Positions 48,249 through 61,947 of a stretch of 64,000 nt of DNA are shown here, piece by piece. Numbering within the stretch: the first letter of the stretch is position 1; every line of letters begins with the position of its first letter. Source of the DNA: Sphaerodactylus townsendi (Eukaryota). The DNA lies in assembly GCF_021028975.2 (NCBI RefSeq), contig NC_059435.1:34906001-34970000 (forward strand), in the 5' to 3' direction. Made by a program: the position numbers and the translations under genes. The notes beneath the pieces were generated by a model. That model had not been told where the DNA came from. It searched no databases and worked only from the letters and a program-made list of their open reading frames with translations.

Positions 48249-49265
48249 AGAGCCAGTGAGGTATACTGGATAGAGTGTTGGGCTACAATCAGGTTAGAAT
48301 CCCCACTTGTACCATGGAAACTCAGTGGGTGAGCCTGACCGTCATCACAGGGTTTGTTGTAAAAAATGGAGGAGGTGAGAACAGTGGTGCATGGCCCTAG
48401 GGACGTGGGGTAACCCATGTCTCCGGGCGCATGCCTTCTGGTCATATGGAGGGCGCCAAATGCCCCCCATGTGACCAAACGGTTTGCACCTTTGGCCGGA
48501 GGTGAGGAGCTGAGCTGGGTGTGCAACCTGCAGCCGGCTCCCAGTCCTTAGAAGCTGTCTGTAGACTACGGTGCCCCGCACCCTGCTCAGCTTCTCACCT
48601 CCAGCCAGAGGCACAAAGCTGAGCCGGCCACCAGGACTCCTAGTCCTGCCTTCCCCGGCTGCAGAGGGCAGGCCTAGGAACCCCTGCCTCCATGACAGGT
48701 GCACCAGCAGGGGAGAGGCCTCGTGCACTGCAGGAGGCCTTCCCCTCGCTGGCGCGCCTGGCAGCGGTGGGGGTGTTATGACAGTTGGAGGGAGGGGAGG
48801 TGTGAAAAGACAGGGAGGGAAGTCTGCAGGCTTCTCTTCCCCTCACCCACATCTTCTCTGGCACCGCAGGTGCAGGGACGGGCTTCTCTTCCTGTCCCTG
48901 CACCCATGACACCAGAGAAGCCATGGGTGAGGGGAAAAGAAGCCGGCTGGCTTCTCTTTCCATCTCTCACATGTGCTGCAGGTGCTGCTGGGCAGGAAAG
49001 AGGGACTGGCTGCCGTGCAGCTGGCTTCTATGCCCAAGCAGCAGCCCCAGTGCAAGAGAATCTCCCGTCCCCGCTGGTTCAGGTAAGTGGGGTGTGGGGT
49101 GTTTGAATAAGTGGGGGTGGGGCACCACACCGCGCATGGAGTGGGTGCATGGAGGAGGTTTTGCCTCTGGGCGCAATCTGGGCCCCGTATGCCTCTGGGT
49201 GAGAATGATGTTCCAAATTGCTTAGATCCCAACTGTGGAAAAAAGTGGGATATGATATGAATAAA
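48249..49265 (+). mobile_element. CORE/MIR-like SINE split by a hAT element
   Basis: gagagccagtg head, aggttagaatcccc, cacagggtttgttgt; 3' remainder after 49197. Confidence 0.75.
48382..49197. mobile_element. 816-bp non-autonomous hAT element
   Basis: CAGTGG...CCTCTG ends; perfect 8-bp TSD ggtgagaa (48374-81, 49198-205); internal repeats of ggcttctcttc. Confidence 0.9.
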
Positions 49266-49319
49266 AAATGCAAAGAAGAAGAAGCATTCATTCATACTGT
49301 GTTTGTGTGTAAATGCAAT

Positions 49320-49575
49320 CAAGTTGCTGCGAAAGGTTCTTCCTCTTAACCTGCTGCCTTCAACTTTTGCCAGTGTTGTTTTTTCCAGTGACTGTTGTCT
49401 GCTCATAATGTGACCTAGGTACAACAGCCTCATTTTAGTCATTTTAGCTTCTTGGGACAATTCAGGCTTGATCTAGGAATCACTTATTTGTCTTTTTGAC
49501 TGTTCATGATATCTGTAAAACTCTTCTCCAACACCACATCTCAAAGGAATCAACTTTCATCCTCTCCAGCTTTCA
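49320..49575 (-). mobile_element. RTE (BovB-like) LINE 3' coding fragment
   Basis: EAKMTKMRLLYLGHIMSRQQSLEKT..KVEGSR.RGR. Confidence 0.85.
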
Positions 49576-49779
49576 CACCAAATTGGCAGAATCACTATTC
49601 TGTTTTTATGTGTAGATACCCCGTTCTTGTTTAGTTTCATTCATTTCTGTATAACCATAGCTGTGTCCTCATTCAATAGTAGTTGAATAGTATGGTGTCT
49701 TCAACAGTATTTCATTAAAATAGTATATGTTCGTATGTTCCATAAAGTTGCTACCAAATAATGGTGGCCCCAGCAAAGG

Positions 49780-49915
49780 GCTTTCAAGACAAGTGTGAAG
49801 CAGAGGTGGCTTGCCATTTCCTTCCTCTGCAGAACCTCTCTCAGAGGTCTCCCATCCAAGTAACCACCCTGCTTAGCTCCAAGGTCTGATTAGATCAGGC
49901 AGTGCCATGCTATTT
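49780..49915 (-). mobile_element. 5S-headed SINE fragment
   Basis: ggtctcccatccaagta..ccctgcttagct = antisense 5S. Confidence 0.7.
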
Positions 49916-50064
49916 TCCTTCCTACAATAAAATAACACCTGCCTGTTATATCCATTAGGGTATTTTTTTTAACAGAACCAAGCTATAAACTGTGGACTGT
50001 AGCTAGATAGTATGCTGTCTAGCAGCCCAATTTAAATCCTGTCACATAGAAAAATTGAGTTAAA

Positions 50065-50191
50065 TGGGATTGACATAGATCCAGCCATGGTCCTCGGTTT
50101 GCAAGATCTGAGCAAGGCTATTAATGACAGAACATTTTGGAGGTGCTTCATTCATAGGGTCGCCATCATTTAAATGTGATTCGATGGCATT

Positions 50192-50250
<59 letters not shown>
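50065..50250 (+). mobile_element. RTE 3' end with (CA)n tail
   Basis: gcaagatctgagcaaggc...attcatagggtcgccat...ggcatttaacacaca. Confidence 0.8.
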
Positions 50251-52589
50251 ACACAAAGATCTAGAGTCCTGTGCATGCACTCAGTTGCTTTCATCCATGA
50301 AATACCATTTTCTGATTTTCTCATTCGTACTATGATTTCCAGTGTTGCAATGGAGACAGTTCAGAAGAACCTTTTAATTTTTAATTGCCTATCTTTAGAA
50401 CAGAGCTATTAAAAGGTTTCTTGAAGATTAATTCAAGGAAGGGTATATGATTTTTATGTTCTGTTCAAAAAAGTCTTTTCAATCAGTGGAAATTATTAAG
50501 TATAAGCTTGGATGAAAGGCGCCAGAGGGATTGCATCTTCAGGATGACCCCAGTAGCAAAGCATAGATTGTTAATTGCTCTATTCAGCATCATTTGAAGA
50601 TGCAAGATCTGAAAAAGATTTTGTAATATTAGAAATCTATTGTAGGTTGTGTGAAATCATTCTATATCACTCTGTCACAAAGCAAGATGAGTCTGAAATT
50701 TTTTTCCACTTTAGAATTTGGATGGAATTGGGCATTCAGTTCATTCCTTCCAGATCCATAAAAGTTCTGGTTCTAGTGTATAAAAATAGCATTTGCCAAT
50801 TGAGATTGCCAATTCTGACTTGGGAAATGGTGGAGATTTGGGGGAAAGGCCTGGTAGAGAGGGGAGTTTGAGTATGGAAAGGAGCTTAGCAAGAATGTTA
50901 TGTGAAACACACTGTGGAAGCCGCTACTTGTACACTTAACCACAGCTAGCAGGCCCAGGGGAGGGATCTTTACCATTATCTGACAGAATTTCCTTCAGGA
51001 AAGGATAAGGGAACTCCTTACTGGGCTACTGAATGGCTGCCAGAACTACTTCAGACCTTGGATCTCACTTGCCTAGCTTTACAGGGCAAAAGGGTTTTCA
51101 AGTTGCCAGTCTACCATCCACATTAAGCTCGCTCATCTTAGTCAGACTCAGGATAGAGACACTGTGTGTGAAAAGATGCTGGGAAAACAGAAAATAGTAT
51201 GTGGTTTAATCAAATTGCTCCAGAGAAAAGTGTCTTCTGGACTGAAGCCCTTTGTTGTATTCTGGCAATGAAGTGTCATAAGTATTCCACATTTCACAAA
51301 TATCACTAAGCAAGTGTCATATTTGCAGACTCAATTTCTTAGTGTTTGACCAGCTATATGCTTGATCTTGTCGAATTGTGGCCTAGATCCAATTCTTCAT
51401 TTCATTTAAGCCTGGGAACTATAATGTACTTGTGGAGCTTTCATATTAACTTTATCACCACGGCCACCAAGGAGTGCAAACATGGAGCTGCCCTGTTCAC
51501 TGAAGTGTATTAGGATATTAACTTTTCCTCAAAGAATGAATACAAGGCCCTCTGCATCTGCTGTGTTTGGAGTGCAATCCTATGCAGATATTTCAGATGA
51601 AGTCCACCACTTGAAATGGATTTAGACTAGAGTAGTTCTGCATAGGATTACAAGGCATAGGTCATAGCATTTGAGATATGCTGCTAACCTTGTGGGTTAC
51701 ATTTTACAAAATAATAGCATCCTGTATTATGTTCATCATATTACAAGCAAAAATAATGAATGTGTCAGTGTGGATGCTAGATTTTCTGTCTTTCTGGATC
51801 AGTGCAAATTTTTAAAAGGTTACTGTCTATTTAATTTTGCTCCCAAACTGCAACACTGAGGCTTTATTATGAATGGTGTCACCTCTAATACCTAAATGTT
51901 AATGAAAATTTTCTGGTTGCATTAATGAGCATTTTTCTGCATTCTTCAAACCTTTGACAGTACACTACTGAAAAACTTAACATGGAAGTACTTGTGAAAC
52001 CAAATTAGAAACTGATGTTAATTACATTTCTTGTCTGAACCATGCAGTTTTAAAATATTTTTTCATGTTCTATGAGCTAAGGCATAATGTTAAAGGCATC
52101 AGTCTTCAGTAGACATTGTTGAAAGCATATAATGCTTTTACAGAAGGAGAACAGCAAGCATGAGTATCTGTTTGAAGGACAATATGAATCCATTGAAAAG
52201 ACCTCCAGATCCACCAAGCAGATCAGTCAAGACAGCCACAGGGGAATGTTCACATTTAAATATGTATTACCTGTTCAAGTGACTAAGAATTTAGGAACTT
52301 GGTGTCCATAGCTTGTCACCTCCATGCACACATAGCTTACATCTCATATCCTCTCCTGCATACAAACTATGTCACACATCTTTGCGTTCATACACTGCTG
52401 CCTTCTAGTTTTGCTTCCGTTTTGGATTATTGGAGACGTTTGCCCTTGGGAGAGTGAGCTGGCAGGTATAAGTGATGGTGGACAGGCCACATGAGAAAAA
52501 GGAGCAGAGGTCTGAATACTTTCCTTGCAGACATGATGAGTGACCAGCTTGAATGAACCGAGGAGTCAGTGCGGTGCAGCTTCTCATCA

Positions 52590-53160
52590 TCTGAGAGTCA
52601 GTGGCAGAGCAAGATGGTCAACCAGACTCCTCCTTGCTGTCGCTTCCTTTTAAAGGGAATGGCTCCGTGTTATACTACAACAAAACGTTCTGGGGCTCGG
52701 GGTAGGGGGCTGTTTTTCAAAGTCACCAGAGTCACCAAATTTTCAGTAGAGCTGCAGGTGCCTCTCCTTAGTTTGATTAAGTTTGGGTCAGGGATCCAAT
52801 TTTATGAGCCCCCACATGGAGGAAAACTGGATGCTTGTAAAATTGGATCCCTGACCCAAAGACAACCAACTTGGGGCTTTTGTAAGGAGAGGAACCTACA
52901 GCTACATTGAAAAATTGGTAACTCTACTTCAAAAAACAGCCCCCAGAGCCCTGCAAAGACTCCCCAAAGAATGCAATGTTTGTTTAAACAATTATCTTCC
53001 ATTGTGAGAAATGTTTTGGGAAAATTTGGGTCATCTTGCTTACCAGATTAAATTGGTGCCTCCTTTTTCGGCCAAACAAGGCTTTAAAAAGCCGAAATAA
53101 CCTTTTCTAGCTTTTTTTGGGAGTGTTCTGGGTTGTTTTAGGTATTTCTGAGCCTCAATG
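52590..53160. mobile_element. Degenerate DNA-transposon interior related to 63170-64000
   Basis: caccaaattttcag, gtttgggtcagggatccaattttatg and its reverse complement. Confidence 0.55.
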
Positions 53161-54363
53161 GAACAGCAAATTTGGGGAGCTTTTTTTCAATGGTGACCCT
53201 AGTGTGAAAAATTTAAGCCCTGCTGCACACAATAAGATAGCTTTGCAGTGGAAGCCGATCTGTCCTCCAACACAATGTGCACGGATTTGTATGATGCTAC
53301 GCAAGCTGGTCTTCTTGACAAATCTTTTTACCAGCGCATGGTATAATAGAGCTATAAGCATAACAATCAAATAGCTTATTGCCATTGCAACTCCACACTG
53401 TTTCATTATTCAGTATATATATGTTAAATCATGTGAAACATTTAATCAATAAAGCACTTAAAAACTTTATATTAATTATTCTCTGCTTTTGAACACACCT
53501 ATAGACTCTTGATTCTGCCCTTAAATGTTTGCAGAAGAATTACAATAATGATCATTGGTCTTAATTAGTTCTGTTGGTGCAAAAAGAATATTAAGTATCG
53601 TTTTCTTAGATTAAAAAAGCATTTGTGTTGATCTATTTTGGTAAGGTTTCAAAAACAAACAGCCTTTCTCCTTATGGAATGTATTTATAACAATAAAACA
53701 ATCTGGAATGTTTTATTAGAATAACATTTTTTCATATACACACTGGAAGTTTCAAGGGCAGCAGGTTTGGGTTTATTTTGATAAGAGAGCACTGGAGACT
53801 TTTGTCTTTGTACTATGTGCTCCCCCTTCGGGGGAGGGGGGTCTATAAACCCAATAAATAATAATAATAATAATAATTTACAGATCTCTAAGCGGAGCAC
53901 AGGTGAAGACCCTGGATCCAGCTTGAATCTGCCACAAGATGTAAATCCAGTGGACTTGGAAGGGTGTATCTCTACTTAGGATTGTGCAGTTAGATTATTA
54001 CAGTACAGATAGATTCTAAACAGTTCCAGCATTCTAAGTCCACTGGCTTCAATGAAGGTAGAGGCCTGCACCCCTGTTAAGGATTGCAGTGTTAATGGTC
54101 TGGGACAGAGGTCTTTAATGTATACATTAAATGCAAAGCATCGAATGAACATGCAACAAGTCCATCCCACTATCTCCACATATGATCATACATGGTTTAA
54201 CCTGATTCTATACATATTTACTCAAAAGCAGATGTCACTGGAATAAGGATTTGGTGGCTACAGCCTTCATTTGGTGTCCCTCTACGGAGTTGGGCCCCTG
54301 AACATCTTCCCCAGAGTCCAGCTGTGATGGCTGCACTGATACCAAAAAACCTTTGTTTTCCGC

Positions 54364-54541
54364 NNNNNNNNNNNNNNNNNNNNNNNNNNNNNNNNNNNNN
54401 NNNNNNNNNNNNNNNNNNNNNNNNNNNNNNNNNNNNNNNNNNNNNNNNNNNNNNNNNNNNNNNNNNNNNNNNNNNNNNNNNNNNNNNNNNNNNNNNNNNN
54501 NNNNNNNNNNNNNNNNNNNNNNNNNNNNNNNNNNNNNNNNN
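54364..54541. other. Assembly gap
   Basis: Run of N. Confidence 1.
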
Positions 54542-54650
54542 CCTTAGCTGGGAGCACTCACCTTCAAGTTCATATTTTTTAAAAAGCACTATCAGGACAC
54601 CATTTTCTGAGACATAGATTCCATTGAGGGAAGTCCTTCAGCCAGTGCAA

Positions 54651-54688
<38 letters not shown>

Positions 54689-54762
54689 AAAGAAAAAGTT
54701 CTGTTCACTTCCATTGCATGTCATCTTAGGCAAACCCACTGTAACAGTACCGTTCACAGTAA

Positions 54763-54952
54763 NNNNNNNNNNNNNNNNNNNNNNNNNNNNNNNNNNNNNN
54801 NNNNNNNNNNNNNNNNNNNNNNNNNNNNNNNNNNNNNNNNNNNNNNNNNNNNNNNNNNNNNNNNNNNNNNNNNNNNNNNNNNNNNNNNNNNNNNNNNNNN
54901 NNNNNNNNNNNNNNNNNNNNNNNNNNNNNNNNNNNNNNNNNNNNNNNNNNNN
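54763..54952. other. Assembly gap
   Basis: Run of N. Confidence 1.
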
Positions 54953-56759
54953 ACCCTTTTCTCTTTTTCTCTTCCATCTTCCATCTTCCATCATCTATCT
55001 ATCGATTGATAAAGGCACCCAAAGGGCTTGTGGCATTGTTCAGTGTTCAATATAAACACAATAAAATTAGTAAAATACATTTCCAATAAATCCGGTGCCA
55101 TAACATCAGTGGGGAGGAGGGGGTGGTAGTTAAAACTAAGCCTCCACAGCCATTCATACCAGAAGGTAAAAGGAAAGAGGGAAGGGGAAAGGGAATGTGG
55201 AAGGGAGGGAAGCAGCAATATGAAATAATAAGAAGCAAAATGAAGTGGGTGTTTTAGGTGTGAGTCAGATTCTGAAAGAAATCAAGGATAAAAATGAGAA
55301 GCAGACAGGAATGATCATAGATTTATTGTATGAGCAGAAAATACAATTTCTGGAATAGCAAAATCCACTTGCAAACAGTTGTGAAAGTGGATTGAAAGTG
55401 CATTATTATGCATGTGTGGAAGGGGCCCTAGTTTTCCTGACCGTAATCCCCCGTCAGCTAATCAGTGCCAGGAAAAGGACCCCTGGAGTGGGGAATCTCT
55501 CTCCCTTGGTGGGGCAACCCTAGATAATACTGAATGGTTTAGTAATATATTATTCAACACACAGTTGGATATTAATTGTTGCTAGACTTATTTACATGTA
55601 CACAAAAACCTTTTTCTCCAAATATATGTCATAAGAATAAGTGTTCGCCACCACCCCATGTTCCCCAGAATTTTCACTGATTTTTTAAATTATGTATATC
55701 TCAAATGAGTGAAATGCTTTATAAGGCCAGGCTTTTTCTCACTCAAAAAGAGAAAGTATTTCATAGGTTTTAAAGAAAAATTATTCTCCCAAATTTCCCA
55801 ACTTTTTTGTCAGGAAAACTGAAAAAAGACCTCAGAAAAAGGAAAAGAACATTCACATCTTTAACTGGATTTTAAAAACGTATATTCACATCCAGCTGTT
55901 ATATTGTCAGGGATTAAGCATTGTCTTTTTATACCGGTTTATCCATATTTTTTTCTGTCACTTTATGTAACAAGGCTTATGTTGAATGCTGTGCTTTAAA
56001 TAACAACTGTACAGTATATGTGTTTCTGCTTCTGTTTTTTTTATGTTGTGCTTTTATCTGAAACATCATCTGAGACCTGGTTCACATATACTAGCCAAAT
56101 ATTAATGGTTTGGGAGAATAAGAGAGAGGACATCCAAACCTACCTGATTTACTTCTCATGAAATTAGACTAATACATATATACAATTTAGTATTTAATAG
56201 TTTTTTATAAAGTGTCTTTTTATTGATTTCATATCAATTTTGCTATTTTCCTTTATTAAAAGGAGAAGAAAGAACTATATTCAGTACACTGAAAGCCTCT
56301 TATATGCCCAGAGGGATTTTGCACTTGTAATTATTTCTGTAATACCCTCATTATACATAGCATATCACAGAATCCAAGACAACAGGTCCCTGCCCCAGGT
56401 AGCTCACAATCTAAAATTAGATCAACAGAATGCAGCAATAAACATAGAAGTGGGTTTTTTGTACTATTGTCCTTTGAAAAACAAGTTTGCATGTCATATT
56501 GCCAGTTATTTTCAAAACTCTCCTCAGTTTGAAATGCAGCCTTGTAGTACTTCATTTCTGACATTCCTTGGGTCTGTCTAGATTTTGACCAGGACATTTC
56601 CGCCAACAGAGGTTAGATTTAGTTTGAGGATAAGAAGTTAAAATTTGTTTGAGCAAGAAGCTGAGCAAATGTAATAAATATTGTTAAATCAGTAATATTG
56701 CCAGCAAACTAAGGTGCATAAAAATGTATACATAACCCCAGACAATAGTTCTATAATCT

Positions 56760-57700
56760 GTAGTTGCTGTTCCCCACTGCATTTATTTATTTATTTCTTA
56801 GATTTATATACCCCCCCCCTCGCTAATTGATAGTAGCCATAGCCATTTTTGCATCGCGCAAATAAAACATCTTGAGAATGTTAAAAGAAGCGTCTTGGGG
56901 AGGAAGTCCCGCACAGCTTTTCCCCAAACCTCCTCAGAATATTTTATTTCTGCTCAACCTAGTTTTTAATGAAAATGCTAAACTCGCAATCTTTTTCCCC
57001 AAGATGTTTTGAAGATGTTTCCTTCTTGTTGGGCAGAAAGCAGAAAACATTTTATTCCCCACCCACCCACATACACACAAACATTGTTACTTTTTACAGT
57101 TTCTCTGCAGCTTGTGTCTGCCATTTTCTGCTGCTTCAGGATTCTCCATGCCACCTACCATTTGCAGAAGGTTCCCACTGATGTTTCCATACAGCTCATC
57201 CAGCTGCCATTTCCATGTAAAAAGAACATTAGTTTTCACTGCCAATTGGGTGTAGGTGTTGTTTTTCCTTTTTTTGTTTGTTTTGAGGGAGATGTCTTCG
57301 AAGTGATTATGTCTCAAAATATCATATCGTGTCATCGTAGCTTCAAAGACACTGCCTTTCAGCACAACAATAATGAAAAAGGAACCCCAACGTGTGTGCT
57401 GAATTGATAATGAAAACTAATTTTATTCATGTACTTTTTACATAGAAATGGGAAGTTGAGCTGCAAGCAGATAATACCTCTGTGTGAACCTTTTGCAAAT
57501 GGCGGGCGACACGGAGAATCCTGAAGCGGCAGAAAATGGCGAGCACAAGCTCCAGAGAAATCAAAAGTGAGAACTCTAACGGTGGTGGTGGAGAGGCAGG
57601 TAAAAGAACCAATTTGGGGTGAAACGCTTTATCTTTTAATACCATGCAGACCAAAAAAGCCAAAATGGTTCTTTTTAAAATGTCTGCAAGTGACAGCTTA
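56760..57700. mobile_element. Unclassified element with long internal inverted repeat
   Basis: 57090-57240 approximates the reverse complement of 57410-57575; left half repeated at 61948-62460. Confidence 0.65.
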
Positions 57701-58433
57701 AAAAATGTTTTGGGGGCTTTCTCTTTGCCATCATCAGCTCCATTTCCCAGGCAACTGTGACTGCTTTCCCATCTGCTTCTTCTGGCCCCAGAGGGATGCT
57801 GGTACAGTAGCAATCATTCCTTAGTCTCTGAGCTCACAGGCAGGTGAATGTGATATTGATTAGGAGAAGAGTGAGAGTGAGGAGAAGAAACATTAGCTGT
57901 CAGAGTGGGTGGAGAAAAGATGCTCAGACTATCTATTGTGTAGGAAGCCTCTGTGGGTGAGAGAGAGTGTAAGGGGGGTTCTATGAGGAGAAAGAGTACC
58001 TCCATTAGAGTTATTTTGAATGGACTCCACAAAAACCTAGAACTAATCCTGTTCTCAGAAGTTCTACTTCCAAGTTTCAGATGGTTTTCTTCAGATCTTC
58101 CAGTTGTCTTCTTCCTCCCTGGATTATCCACCAACGTTTGCCTTGGCTTTCACCCTTCGTGTGATATATGGTTCACTGTGTCTCACGCAGGGTTTGTAAC
58201 ACCCTGGCATAAGCATTGGGAAAACTGATTTGGACACTTGCTTTCCATTAGTAATAGTTTTTTATTTGGCGAGAGGAAGTTTGTTATGTGTAGAATTTTT
58301 GAGAGAGAAGTATCTTCTAATGGAGTTTGGAAAATGGAGTTTTATCATGGAAATGGAGTTTTATCATGTAAATTTATAATCAGTGGTTAGGACACTCCTT
58401 GGTTTTTTGGTTAAAATTCTAAGAATTTCCTAA

Positions 58434-58435
<2 letters not shown>

Positions 58436-58508
<73 letters not shown>
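58436..58508. repeat. (TG)n microsatellite
   Basis: Pure TG run; others at 20807, 42618, 44725, 60343. Confidence 0.95.
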
Positions 58509-58510
<2 letters not shown>

Positions 58511-59367
58511 ATTTCTAAATCTTTGCAGTCTGGTACTCACTAAAATCAGAGGCTGGAAAAAATGTGACAGTGAAAATGAATTAAATTAATAAAGCTAGTA
58601 TGTTTGAGGGAATGACAACCTCCTCAGAATTAAAAAATTGTAGATTTAGGATTGTACTTTTAAGTAGATGATAACTCTATAAAACTCTGCAAACTCTTTA
58701 AAAGTTCATCTTCGTAGTTTATGTGAGATTATATTATATTATTAATTATATCATCATTATGTGGAGTAGATAAGGATGAATGATACAGCAGGAAAGGAGA
58801 ATTTGATAATAGCTGTGAAAGGTATATTATCTGGAATTGTTAATTACCAGTGATTATAATCTAGTCTAGAGCCCACCCCATTTTGACACTGAAAAATCGA
58901 ACACTATAATTTATTTAAAAGAGAACTTCCTTGGATACTCACTGCTATAATTTTTTATCATCTTCACTTCAAAGGATGTTTTATAGTTGTGGAAACCCAT
59001 AACCCAGGAACATCCCCTTTCCTGTTTGTGTGCCATTCTTATAGCCATTGGAAACACTCTTTGCTTCTACTAAAAAGTGCAACAGATCAGTTATGAACTC
59101 ATTCAGTGACATCATGGAGAATTCCTTCATGGCTTTTTATCAGAGTCTGTAGCAGTTTCTAAGTAATGGCATAAGTGAAGTAGTGTTGATAAGGTCAAAT
59201 TTATTTCAAGCAACTTCCAGAATGAATTGAACTTTTCCCCATGTGTTTTCTGGAACTGCTGCAAAACTAAAATCTTTCATTACTCATGACAAATTGTATG
59301 TTATTAAAAGTACCACGCCGGCAAACACTGACGACAGAGTGAAGGTAGAGTTTGGGAAATTGACTTA

Positions 59368-60110
59368 CCATATATACTCGAGTATAAGCCGACTTTTTCA
59401 GCACCTTTTTTTATGCTGAAAAAGCCCCCTTCGGCTTATACTCAAGTCCCACTTACCTGTTCTCCGGTGCCTCATCAGGGAGAGCAGCTCCTTATCTAGG
59501 CTCTGCTGCGTTGCTCTTAATTTACCTTTTTTCCTTACCTTACCTCATCTGAATTAACTCCTTCCCTCGCTCCCCCGCACCATCCTCTCCTCCTCTTCAC
59601 CTCCCTCCCCTCTGTGGCAGATTTACCCAGCGGGGCCCCCAGGACCTAAGCAGCCTCAAATGGCCGCCAAATCCTTCTCACCGGACAAGGAAGCATTCAT
59701 TTGCTCACTGGCAGAATGCACACGGGCGGCTTCCAAGGGCATGGACCGGGATAAACCGGTCCCCACCCCGAAGAAGGCCGAAAGAACGGGCAAGCAAGCC
59801 CCAATCGAGACGCATCCTCCGGAGCCACATTTTAAAAAGCCGCGGCTGCAGCAACAGAAGGGAGGAGCGAAAAGCAAATGGGCAGATGCCGGCAGCCCCA
59901 GCAGGGACACGTCTGGTGCGGCCCATCAGGAACACTGAGCCAAGGAGGGAGGAATGAGAACCACGCCGGCAAACACTGACGACCCCAAAATTGGTTGCTG
60001 CATTTCCCACCCTAGGCTTATACTCGAATCAATAAGTTTTCCCAGTTTTTTGTGGTAAAATTAGGTGCCTCAGCTTATATTCAGGTCGGCTTATACTCGA
60101 GAATATATGG
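59368..60110. mobile_element. 743-bp Tc2/pogo-type non-autonomous element with GC-rich interior
   Basis: TIR ccatatatactcgagtataagccgac / gtcggcttatactcgagaatatatgg; TA TSD. Confidence 0.9.
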
Positions 60111-60341
60111 TATTTGAAAAACAAGACAGCTTGTTTTTCTAACGGTGAGCACAAGGTTTTTGCCCATGGAAGTGGGATAAAAGAGCTCTCACAGAGGCAT
60201 GCCTGAAAAGTGTTGTCTTCTCTCTCTCTCCAGTCATCATAAGTTTACAGCACTGAAATGGAAGTTGTAATATGTATTGTGAAATGCTTGTGAAGATACT
60301 GCTGAGGATATCTGGCAGGGGTGAGAAGAGGTTTGTGGCAG

Positions 60342-60384
<43 letters not shown>

Positions 60385-60429
60385 TGTGTGAGTAAGAAGG
60401 GGTTTGTGTCCATTCCTTCTTTTAAGCTC

Positions 60430-61940
60430 TGTTGAGCTAAAGATCTTGAGCAGTAAATAGGAGCTTTTATTTCTTTATTAAGGAAAATATGGCGCAACGA
60501 TACTTAGCCACCTGCCAGTGTGATTCTTATATCTTTATCCACCAACAAGTAGGGGACTGTATTATCTTTTATTATGATAGAAAGTACCTTGGTTAAGATA
60601 GGAGCAATCCATAGATCATGATAAGAAATTGATTGAGAGCTTTCCAAAATCATGTGGGCTAGCAAGTCAGCATTTTTCAAATCTCATGGACAGGGTACAT
60701 TATGATATCTTACTGACGAAGGTACAGTGTTGAAATGTGCAAGCATGAATGCTCTACAATACCAAGGTTTCTAATGCAAGCTGGGATATTTGAAAGTGGA
60801 AGAATGCCAAAGAACTGGATGGAACATACTTTTCAAGCTTCTGAAATTGAGCTAAAATAATTAGTTCCTTTATATGTTTCTTAATAGTAATAGAGATTCG
60901 CTTCTTCCAAGCGTTGTTACATCATCCTTTTTTAGGCCAAGGTCGAGCAATTTCTTATCTATTGCATCAAGTGGGAATAGTACTGATCTTTATTAAGTTC
61001 ATAGAACAGGCCTTTCTTTTTTGTAAAAAAAAGACCTTTCGCCTATGTTTAAATGTTTGCAGCCACACTTTAGCTTCAACAGATCCTTGGCCCAATTCTA
61101 ACCTTAGAGATACCCCACTAACACATCTTGGGGTCCCTGTAATTTGCCACAAAAATCAACAGAGAGGCTGGTCTAAACTCTCACTAATGTGAAGGATCCA
61201 TATTGAGGCTCCATATAGGAATAATTTTCATATTGATTACCTGCAGTACCCTGGATGTATTTACAGCTTTTGGAACAGAAAACAAACAAACATTCAATTG
61301 CTGACATAGATGGTTTAATTTTGTGTGTGATAAATTTGAAATGGCTAGAGTAAAAAAACCACACCCAAGTTTGGGAAATTGTTCAAATTGAATGTCATCA
61401 GTTCTCCAGTTCATACAGGTGATTTTCTCAGTTTTAGAGAGTACCATAACCTTTAATTTTGAGAATCTGAAGTTCCTCAAATTTACAGTATTTCGAGAAA
61501 CAGTTTAGTAGTCTTCTCAGACTGATCTGGGTACGTGATATAAGAATGGCATCATCCACATAAAGAAGTAGGGTTAATGCCTTTGAGGATAAATATGGAG
61601 GGTGAAATTCTACTGAGGAGAGTAGTTGCGAGATCATTCAAATGCAAATGGAAAAGTAAGGATGCCAAGGACAGCCTTGCTTCATTCCACTATTAAGTTT
61701 AAAGCATTTTGCGAACTCTCCCTTTTCTCCATAGGCCTCACAAGATGAATGAAGGTTTTTATTAGCCAAAGCAATCTTTTATCAGTTGTTGTATGCTCTA
61801 GTTTTCTCTACAGTCAACTCATAAATATAGCATCAAAAGCTCTTTTACGGTCTATAAATGCAACATACATCTTACCTCTTGGTGGGAGGGTATGTTTTTC
61901 AGCTAAATGGGCTGTATGTAGTTATCTGATAATCAGGTAG
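60430..61940 (-). mobile_element. Non-LTR retrotransposon RT remnant (probably RTE-X clade)
   Basis: YVAFID..AFD, GMKQGC, LLYVDDAILISRTQISLRRLL. Confidence 0.75.
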
Positions 61941-61947
61941 TGGAACC

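Noticed and set aside
48212-49460. Cluster of 100-205 aa ORFs
   Set aside because: They fall inside the non-autonomous hAT element and the RTE fragment.
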